Positions 15,219 to 27,200 of a stretch of 64,000 bases of DNA are shown piece after piece (within the stretch, counting starts at the first letter, position 1; each line of letters opens with the position of its first letter). The position numbers and the translations under genes were made by a program. This DNA comes from a virus, in the IMG/VR virus record IMGVR_UViG_3300020469_000010; one strand, 5' to 3'. The notes beneath the pieces are model-generated. The model searched no databases and had not been told where the DNA came from. It saw only the letters and a list, made by a program, of their open reading frames with translations.

Positions 15219-18200
15219 ATGTCAAATCAAACTAGAATCAAGATCAGTCAGGTTCTGGAAGCACAAATTCCAGACTTTGTAAATGATGAGTTCCCATTAT
15301 TTAAAGAATTTTTAACACAATATTTTGAATCACTTGAAAGTGATGGTGGTGCCTATAATCTTTTACAAAATATTGATAAGTATATTGATCTTGATACTCA
15401 ACTTTTAACTCCTGAAAGTACAGAATCTTTAGAAAACTTTTTCATTGGTGATGATACTCTAGTAGTTGAAAGCACTGAAGGATTTCCTACTTCTTACGGA
15501 TTGTTAAAAATTGGTGATGAAATCGTTACTTACAAATCTAAGACAGAAACAGAGTTCTTAGATTGTGTAAGAGGATTTTCTGGTGTTAGTGACTACGATA
15601 GCAGCTTAGTTTTCTCAAAAACAGGACCACAGAATCATTATAGGGGTGTTGTAACTAATTTAAGTTCAGTATTATTAAAAGAATTCTTTAGAAAGTTAAA
15701 ATCTCAAATTGCACCAGGTTTTGAAGATATTGATTTAGATCAGTCTGTAGATAAAAGACTATTCTATAAGCAAACAAGAGATTTTTATAAGGCTAAAGGT
15801 TCTGATAAATCATTTGAAATATTATTTGGTGCATTGTATGGAACAAAAGTTGAGGTAATCAGACCATCTGATTATGTTTTTGAACCTTCTGCTTCTGGAA
15901 CTAGAAGAACTTTAGATATAGTTCTGTCTACTTTTGATGATAGTATTGATTATACTGATATAATTCTTAATAGAACTCTTTTACAAAAAAATCGTGACAG
16001 TACATCTAATGCTGACACGGTATCTGCATTTGCTTCAATAACTCATGTTGAAAGATTTTTCAAAGGAAATAAATTTTATTATTTGGTAAGTTTAGATAAT
16101 GATACAAGTAGAGACATATCTAGTTCTGGAACAGTTTTTGGTAAGTTTCAAACAACTCAAACAACCAGACTTACAGAATCCCACACTCAAAATTTAGATG
16201 GTACATTTAATGATTATCTATTTGTGGATTCCACAGTTGCATTTGAAGAAAATGACATATTAGATGTATATTTAGATACAGGAATATTAGAAATTGACTA
16301 TAATGGTAAGTCAATTAATGAATTCTATAGTGTAAATGATGCGAACTTTACAATTCCAAGAGGAACTCTTGTTAGTACAAAGAAATATGCATATGTAGAA
16401 CTTGAAGAAGATAATGTATATTTTAGAGTTACTAATGTTATAAGTGATATTACTTTTCCAGAAGGTGGAAATTTCAAAGAAGGTGATGTAATAAAGTATG
16501 ATAGTTTAGGTTTACAAAATAAATCTACCAAACTTGATAATTGGAGATTTAATACTGCACCAAAATATAATATTGAATCAATTTCAGTCTTAAGTGAAGC
16601 TGAGCAAAAATATCAAATTAAATTTGCTGAAACATTTAATTTACAATTGAATGATATTTTCTTCTTAATTACTAGTTCTGAAGAAACATATAATGTCAGT
16701 GTTTCTTCTAGGGAAGGAGAAACTTCTTATGTAATCACATCAGAAACTGCTATTCCAGATTTTAATGCAACTGGTCGTACCTCATTATCACTAAAAACAT
16801 ATCCTAAAAAATTCTTTATTGAAAGAAAATTAAACAAAGCAAAGTTTAGGTTCTTCCCAGAAGCATCAAGTTTCTTATCAGATGTTCAGAACACATATAA
16901 ATCTAGAACTCTACAGGATAATTGTTTTGTAATGAGTTCTTCATTACCAAACTATTCTAATGAAATATTACCTACAAACTTAAAGAAAGTAATTTTTACA
17001 ATAAATGTTGCTGATGATGCAGTCAATGATACAGTTAATGTAGGACAAGATGCATCTCCTACTCAATCTGAAATAACTCATCCATTCTATACTGGTGATG
17101 CTATTGTATATCTTGAACCATTAGAGGATGAAGAGACAGGAGAAGTAAACACCAATAGATTAAACATAGACAATGGAAAATATTATGTAACAGTTCTTAA
17201 TTCTAAAAATATAAAACTATCAAGAAGTTTAAGTGATTTGTATAATAAGATATATGTTAATATAACAGGTAATGTAACTGATAATACTTTCTTCTATGTT
17301 GATTATTTTGATATTCAAAAAATACTAGATGAAGATAATCCATTCAAATTATCCTCAAAAAGGTGTGTTAAATTATTGACAGAACCCATTGATGATACTT
17401 TTAGAGAAGAAACCGTTCCAGGAAAAACTGGAATGTTGAATAATGGAGTAGAAATTTTAAACTATAAATCAAAAACAAATTTGAGTTATGGTCCCATTAC
17501 AAAAATAAATGTTTCAAATAGTGGTAATGGTGATTATGATGTTATTAATCCACCACTATTGAGTATTTTTGATGGTAATAATGCGGATGGAGTTAATAAT
17601 GGGGGAATAGGTGCTACTGGTCATTTCAACCTTTTCGGATCTGTCAGAGATATTTTAGTTGTTAGTGGTGGATTTAATTATGAAACTAAACCACTTATAA
17701 GGGTTTATGGTGGAAATGGTACATTATGTAATGTCGAACCAATAATGGAGACATATCGGCATAATGTTCGGATTGAATCCGAAGATGGAGAAATGGTTGG
17801 CATATCTTCAAATCTATTAACTGCTGATGAAGATCATTTCTTTAAAACTGGAGAACCTGTTATATATCGATCTATTGGTGATGAACCTATTGTTGGATTA
17901 GAAGATTTACAAACATATTTTATTTCAGTCGTAGATGATAGAAGTTTTAGATTGCATAGCAGTGGTGAAGATGCAGTTGCATTTGAAAATCCAGTTAATA
18001 TAACCGATTTTGGTGTTGGATATTCCATTGTAGAATCTGTAAATGACAGACAAAAACTCGCAAGAATAACCATTATTAAGTCTTCTGAAGATTTTTCAAA
18101 TAGAAAAGTATTATTTAATGCAGAAAAATCTCCAAATTCAGTTGATTTTTACGAGAATACAATCAATATTAAAAATCATGGTTTTCAAAGTGGAGAATTA

Positions 18201-21200
18201 ATTACATATGAATCTACAGATACACCAATTACTGGATTGACTAGTGCAGCATATTATTATGTAACAAAAATTGATGATGATTCATTCAAACTTTCAGAGT
18301 CTGATGTTGTTGATGGAGTTGATGGTTTACTTGAATATGGTGGTAAATTATTTTATGAGTCTGACGAATTTGTAAACCTATTTGCATTTGATGAAGGTTT
18401 AGACGAATCTGGAATTGGTGTCGGTGATCATATTTTCAGATATCCAGATATACAAGTAGCAATTCAGGAATCTGAAGATACTATTTCTATTCCACCTACA
18501 GTAATTCCAGTTGTCAGAGGATTTATTGATGATGTATTCTTAACTGATGCTGGTGTAGGTTATGGAGCTACAAACATATTTAATTACAAAAGATTACCAG
18601 TCATAACTGCTGAACCTGGAAAATTAGCATCAATAAAACCATATATCGTTGATGGTGAAATTAAACAAATTATTATTCAAAATGCTGGGCAAGGATATGT
18701 TTCTCAACCATATATTGGAATTGATAGTGAAGAGGGATTTGGTGCTGATTTAATTCCCATCATTAAAGATGGTAGATTAGACTCAGTTGTCGTTAAATCT
18801 GGAGGTTTTAATTATACCGATGACACTATACTTACAGTTAATCCTGCAGGTAAAGGAGCAAAATTTGAATCTGAAATTTTCTCATGGGTTGTAAATGAAG
18901 TTAGTAGATCTTTTGCAAGTAATCAAATCTACAGTGATGACGGATTCATCTATCAAGATTCTTTAGTTTCCGAATTAGATGCAGAAGATTATGGAATATT
19001 ACAATATACTGTAACATATATTCCTAGGAAATTTAGAGAAACTATTTACAATGAGTCTACTGTAGATGGAAGAAAAATTTTCAATCCAGATTTAATAAAA
19101 GATAGTTTAGGTAGAGAAACTGAATCGAAGAATCATTCTCCATTGATTGGTTGGGCATATGATGGAAATCCAATTTATGGACCATACGGATTTGCAAGTG
19201 CTGATGGTACTGGTGGTGTAAAACGAATGATTTCTGGATACAAAAAGAGATCTCTAGCAAACAGACCTTCACTACTAATATATCCTCTAGGATTCTTCTG
19301 TAATGACTATGAGTGGACCACTGATGGAGATCTGGATGAATCTAACGGAAGATTCTGCATAACACCAGATTATCCAAATGGTGTGTATGCTTACTTTGCT
19401 ACCATTGGAGAAAATTTGGTAGACTATGATAATTTTAAAGAACCCGTTTTCCCATATTTCATTGGTAATTCATTCAAATCTCCTCCGATTGAATTTAATT
19501 TCGAACCAGATATAAATCAGGAAAGTTTTACATCACCATCTAATATTTTAGAAGAAAAACTATCAGATAGTGATTTTCTTAGAAATGTCAGACCATATAA
19601 TTTATCTTCCTCAAATGGATCATATGAGTATTTGTTCCAACCAAGTCAATTATCACCATTACAATCAATAATTGATAATACAGCAGTTGGTAAACTAAAT
19701 GATCTAAACATACTATCTGGAGGAAAGGATTATAAAGTTGGAGATAGAATCGTCTTCAGTGCTAATGATAGTGAGAGAAGACCATTAGCTGAAGTTACTG
19801 GTATTGCAAATACTGAAGTAACAAATATTTCTGTTGCAACATCAGCAATTTCTAATGTTGAGTTTCTTCAAAATTATGGATCAAAAGATGCAGTCACTTA
19901 TATTGGGTTTACAACTAGTCCACATAACATGACTAGTGGTCTTGCAAAAATCTATGATAGTGTAAGGAATGTTGAATTTGTATCAGATATTAAAGTAAAA
20001 CCTAGTGAACTATCTTTAGGTATTGGAATTGGAACCACGGGACAGACCGGAATTGTTACATATATTTCAATATTTGGTAGTAAATTGTCTAAAATGTCTA
20101 ATTTTAGAGAAAATGACATTTACACAATTGAATCTGATGGTTATAGAGAAGAAATAAAAATTCTTAATATAGAGGAAGATCTTAATAGAATAAGAGTTGA
20201 AAGAAATGCAAATGGTACTATAGGAACTAGTTATTCTAAAGGACAAAGATTATTTGAAAATCCTAGGAAATTCTTAGTACCTGCAGTTGATGATGCCAAT
20301 TTAGAGTCCTCAGAAATAAATGAAGAATACTATTTCAACCCAATTGAATCTGTAGGGGTTGGAATTGGTACTACAGTTGCAATTGAAAATCCTGGTACTG
20401 GATCTACAAGCAGATTTATTGCTAGAAATAGAATATACATTGGTTCTCACGATATCCAAGTTAATGACGAAATTCGTTATGATTTTGACGAATCTCCAAT
20501 TTCTGTATCCACTGGATCTGATCAATTTACCCTAGAAAGAGATCGTGAATATTTTGCATTCCCATTTAATAATAATGTTATCGGTCTCTCCACAAATCGA
20601 ATTGGTGTAGGATCAACAGGATCTGCTGTTGGTTTTGGTACTACAACTGCAGCTGCACTTCTAACATTCACAGACTTTGGAAGTGGAGTTAATCATAGTC
20701 TAAGAACTAGAAAACCAGAAGTCCTTACTGGTGAAGTTATTCGTTATGAATCTACAATAACATCAAAAAATAATCATAATTTAAAAGTTACTGATAGAAT
20801 ATCTGTAGATTGTAGACCAACTACAGATAAAATTGTAGATATTGTTTACAATCAAACTCATAGAAAATTCTCTGCTGGAACATTAGCATTTGATGCAGTT
20901 GGTATCAACACAATTGCTAATACCATTACAATTCCTAATCATAATCTTAAAAATGAACAAGTAGTAATTTTCTCATCAAATGAAGTTGCACAAGAACTAG
21001 AATTTGATGCTTTGTATGTTGTTGTAGTTTTAGACTCAAATACAATACAATTAATTGACAAGGAAAGAGTTTTTACAAGATTACAAGATTTAGGTGATCT
21101 GAAAGCCCTTGCTGTTGACTTATTAGAACAAAAACCCGGAAAACTTCTTCCAATAAACCCACCATTATTGTTACAGAAAAATCAAACACTAATTTTTGAT

Positions 21201-24200
21201 GTTTCTAACGCTAGTTTGTCATATTCTAGAAATAATATACTATATCCAGCATTTGCTGTAGAATTTTATACTGATATAGAACTAAAAAATAAATTTGTAT
21301 CATCCAAACAACCAAATAAATTTAATGTTATTTCCACTGGAGTGATTGGAGTTGACGATAATGCCACTGTCAGACTAGTTTATGACGATGATCTACCAGA
21401 AACTCTATATTATAACTTAGTTCCACTGAAAAATAACCAAATTCCTGCTGATTTTTCATTAATAAAACTGGATAATGACATAATTACTGAAATATCAATT
21501 GAAGATAGTTCTTTCTCTGGAAATTATGATGTAAAATCAACCACAGATAAGACATTTTCTTATTTTCTACCAGATTATACTCACGATGAAAATTCATTTA
21601 CATCATCAAATGCAATTATTTCATATTTAAGTAGTTCTGATCAAGTTTCAGGACCAATTGGTAGAGTAAGGTATATTTCTGATGGAAATAATATAACACA
21701 AATTCCACAAATTGAGGAAATTGTTACTGAAAGTGGTGTTGGTGCTATTTTACAAGCAACATCTAAGGTTATTGGTAATATAAAAAATATTAATATAAGT
21801 GATATTGGATTTGATTTCCCAACAGACTTTACTTTAGCACCAAGAGCACATACACCAACATTAGTAAAAGTTGAAGAGTTGGTATCAATAGTATCAATTG
21901 GTGTTACCTTCCCAGGTAAAAACTATACATCTCTTCCAGATTTAAAAATTGTTGATGGGATTAGTGAAAAGGTTGTTGATGACATTGTATTGGATTATGT
22001 TTTTGACAACAGATTTAAAGTTCGTATTCTAAAGAATACTGGAAATATTAATAATGTTAAACCAAGTATTATACCATTTAATAATACTAATGGTTATAAA
22101 ATTAGAACATTAACTTATGATCCTTCAACAAAAGATGCAACAATAGTCTTAGACACCGTTGGTTTCAGTACTCTTTCTGCTTGGCCGTTCGCAGTAGGAG
22201 AAAAATTCCTATTAGAGGGTGTGAACACTCTAGATGATAGTCTAGTTGCTGGAACTGGTGATCTTGGATATAATAATGAGAATTATGAATTTAAACTGTA
22301 TGAGGTAAAAACTAGTGATCCAAATATAGGTGGTCAGGTTCCAGGATTTACATTCAATATGGAGGAATTTGTTGGTGATGGAGATCCAGGAATTTTTGAT
22401 GACGAATTCACTACTGCAAGAGTGGTTCCACAGCAATTCTTCCCCCAATTCCAAGTTGAAGTAGAGCAAAATGTTTTCTTCGATAATGAAGATATTACAA
22501 ATGGAAGTAATGTGGACAAATCACTTGGATTTGATTCAAATACTTCAATATTGAGAATTTCTACAAATAGACCAGAAGAATATAAAGTTGGTCAACTAAT
22601 AACTGGTAAATCTTCAAGATCTCAGGCAAATATAACAGAAATTGTTGGAGTAACCACCTTTACTTACAATATAAAACCACGTAGTAAAAATAATAAAAAA
22701 GGATTCCTTAAAAAAGGATTCTTGAATGAAGATTCACAAAGACTTCATGATAGTGATTATTATCAATACTTCTCATATTCACTAAAATCAAATGTTGGAA
22801 TATCCAGTTGGAATGATCCTGTAGAATCCATGGTTCATCCTGTTGGAATGAAGAAATTTAGTGATTTGCAAGTAGTTTCAGAACCAACAAACTCTGAAAT
22901 GATAGAAGATCAAAATGATGGTGCATTGACAGGGATATCTCACATAAATTCAATACTTGATTTGAATTGTTATACTGATATTGATCTAGTAACTGAAAAT
23001 AATGTAAATAATGTTTATTCCGATGAGATAAGATTTAACTCTCTTATCTTGCAGGACTTCTTTAAGTCCGTTGGTAACAGAGTTCTATTAGTTGATGATT
23101 TCAGTGATGAATTTAATAGTAATCCTAGAGCAACTTCTTTCTCAACAATTGATAGTTTCTCTTTAAATGCTTTTAGATTTAAAAAGTATTTCTTACTAAC
23201 TACGGATACAAAATTCCCAGGAGAAAGACAGGTAATTATTGTAAATATGCTCCATAACAACATTTATGGATTTGTGTCTCAATATGGTAGAGTTGAAACT
23301 GATGAGATTCATGGTTACTTTGATATTGGTGTTTTTGAAAATAATGGATTATTACTATTTTACCCACTAGAACCCAGATTTGATGATTATGCAGTAACTG
23401 GATTTAAATATGCAATTTCACCTGGCAGTGTTGGAATCAGTACACAATATATTGGTGACATTGCATCTGTAGGAGTTCAAACAGCATCTATCCCATCTGG
23501 AACTACTTCAGCATACAAAATTGTTGGAATTGAATCATCATATAGTTCTTCAAAAGTGATGGTAGTTTTGGAATCAACTGATTTACAATACTATCAGAGT
23601 GATGAAATCAATATAGTTCATGATGGAACAAATATTATACAAACAGAATTCTCCACATTAGCAACAGATACATTGGATGAGGATGTTTCTGATGGTATAG
23701 GAACATATCGATTTGGTTATAATGGTAATGAAATTGAAATGGATTTTGTTCCAAATTCTGGACTCACTACCGCATACAATGTCAATGCTACTGTAGTATC
23801 CATCTCAAATACTTCTAGAGTTGCAACTGGAACTAGTACATATCAAACAACACTTACTTCTGTTGGTCTAGGAACCACTAGTGCTGGAACTGCTACAACA
23901 TCAATTCAGGTGATGGAAATTGATTCTCAATATAGAGGATTTAATGTGTATGCAAGCATTGAAGATATGACTAATAACGATGTTCAATTCTCAGAATTGA
24001 CTATTGTACATGATAATACTGATGTTTCTCTATCTGAATTTGGTAGAGTTGTTACTGATGATAATCTTTTTGATACTGGAATAGGAACCTTTACTGCTTT
24101 TGTTGATCCTGTAAGTAAGAAAACACAAATTCATTTTGAGGCAATAGGTGGAATACCAAATAAACAGATTGAAGTTAGATTACTGGTTAATTCATTAAGT

Positions 24201-27200
24201 GCTGTTGATTTAGGAATTTCTACTGTTAGATTAGGATTCCAAGGTGGTGAGTTCTCTACGATGCATGGAGGATACACCGGTAGTCAAAATGATATTAAGA
24301 GAAGTTTTGAACTAAAACATAAAGGAGATTTGATCTTTGAAAGAACATTTAATTCTGAAGCACTAGGTACTGTTGTATCAGTAGAAAGTAATGTATTAAA
24401 TCTATCAAATCATTTCTTTGTCAGTGGTGAAGAAGTAACATACACATTCCCAGCTGGTGGTCAACCAATTGGAATAGCAACAACTACTCTTGTTGGAGTT
24501 GGAACTACAACGCACCTTCCACCCACATTATTTGTTATTAAGCAAGACTCTGGTAGTATCTCATTTACAGATACAGCAGAAAATGCACTTAGGTTTAATC
24601 CAAATATAACCATCAACATAACATCTGCTGGAATTGGAACTCAGCATCAAATTACTTCAACAAATAAAGATGCTAAGGGAGTATTTACTATTGACAATAT
24701 GATGCAGTCTCCTATTCAGAGATCTGATATTATTACTACTTTGGTTGAAGATATTTCTTTAGAACAAACTTTAATCAATACTGCGGGTATTACATCAATC
24801 TTTAGTGGAGATATCCTTAAGATTAATGATGAGTTTATGTTGGCAGAAACTGTTGGTGTTGGAACTCAAGAGAAACTGCGAGTAAGAAGACCTTGGCTAG
24901 GATCTGTATTGGGTGTTCATACTACTGGTGATACTATTATTAAGATGTATGGTGATTATACTATTTCAGGGTCTACAATTAACTTCACATCACCACCATT
25001 CGGAAAAGTACCAATTACAGTTGATGTAAACCAATTCGGTATTCCTTTTGTAGATCCAAACGATAGAGACTTTACTGGAATTACTACAAATTCATCTTTC
25101 CAGGGAAGAACCTTCATGAGGTCTGGTAGTATAGACACCAATGCAGAAACTTACAGCAGAAATTACATCTTTGATGATATTTCTACGAGATTTACTGGTA
25201 TTAGATCAGAGTTCCCATTAACTGTTGATGGTGCTAATATAACAGGAATATCTACAGATAATGCAATAATATTGGTAAATGACATTTTCCAACAATCATC
25301 AAGATCTGGTATCAAACCAGTAGTTGGAAACTATACTCTTGCTGAAAACAGTGGTGAAACTACTATTACATTTAATCCACAAACACTGGAACCAGGAGAA
25401 GACATAAACACAACTGATCTACCTATAGGTGGTGTAATCGTATCAGTCGGATCAACAAATGGTCTTGGATATCAACCATGTGTCCCTGCAGGAGGAACTG
25501 CAAATGTCTCTGGATTGGGTACTATCTCCTCTGTAAGTATCGGGAACAGTGGTTCTGGATATAGACCAGGAATTCAAACACATATCGGTGTAAAGGCAGT
25601 TACTTCATCCTCAGTGGATATAATTGGTTCTGCAACTGCATTGAATGGGCACATTACTGAAGTTTCAATATCTAATGATAAAGTCTTCTATGCTCCAAGA
25701 GATATATCAGATGTAATCTACAGCAATACAACTGGACTTACTACAGTTACAACTTCAACAGCACATGAATTGCTCATTGGACAAGAAGTTCTTCTTTCTG
25801 GTATTGCAATGACTTGTGATTACTCTGGTGCTGGTCCGGTCAATATCACTAATGTCATTTATGATAATATTAGTGGTATCATGACTGTTACAACTTCAGG
25901 AGCACATAACTTACAGACCACTGGTCAAAGAAGTGATGTTATTTTCACTGGTATTGCAATGACTTGTGATTTGGATGGTGGAGCATCAACTCACATCTAT
26001 CCAAGAACAACAGATCCATTCTATTGTGGATCTAGAGTAACTACTGTCAATAGTTCAACAGAGTTTGAAACTAATGTCGGTGTTTCCACCGTACCTACTT
26101 TCTATCAGTCTGGTGGTGTTGTACAACCTGTTATTATTGCTCCAAGAGTAAGTAATAATTCTGCAAGCAGAATTGATCCTGCTGCAGATGGAACTCGTAT
26201 TACAAGAATTATAAACAGTACTTCTTTTGAAGTTAATACAGGAATTTCTACAAGAGAACATTTCTATGCAAGATGCGGTGAAGTTAACACACCAATTGAA
26301 ATTGTAATTGATGGTCCGATAGGATACACAAATATTCCGTTAATTTATTCTGATAGTTCTGTTCAAGGAATAGGAACAAAAGCATCTATTGACATGTTTG
26401 TTAGTAGAGATACTTCTATTGCAGAATTTGATTTTAATAATGATGGTTTTGCATATGGTCAGGGTGAAAAGTTAACTATTGCAATAGGTGGAACTACTGG
26501 AATTCCTACTACAGGTTCTTCCTTTAAAGAGTTTGCTATTGATATTGAAAGAACTCACTCCGATGAGTTCTCTGCTTGGAGTGTGGGTCAATTCCAACAA
26601 CTTGATCCATTTGATAGTAAATTTAATGGAAAGAGAACTGTATTCCCAATTTCATTTAATGGTGATAGGATATCAATTAGAGCAGGTGCAGGAAGTAACA
26701 TTGATGTATCATCCACTATATTCATCTTTATTAATGATATTCTCCAGGTTCCTGGACAATCATATCAATTTAGAGGTGGTGGACTGGTAGTCTTTGATGA
26801 ACCAATTCCAAAAGATTATACATCTAGAATCCTCTTCTACAAAGGAACAAAAGATATTGATGTTGTTGAGGTTGATATTGATGAACCAGTAGAACCTGGT
26901 GATACATTAACAATCAATTCCGAAAATATCTCTCTGAAGGAAGATACTAGAACCGTTGAGGAAATATTAGCATCTGATATCGTCCTAACAAATCCATATC
27001 GTGGACGAGGAAGAACTAACGATGAAAGTTTAGAAAGACCAGTGATGCTTTGTAAGCAAACTGAAGATACTTTCATCTATGGATTTGAAGAAACTAAAGA
27101 TAGAGAATCACTAGAACCAAATATTACTCCCAAAACAAACATAATTCAAAGTGTTGGAATTGGAACAACAACAAACTTTGCTTGGGTTGAAAGTGTCAAG

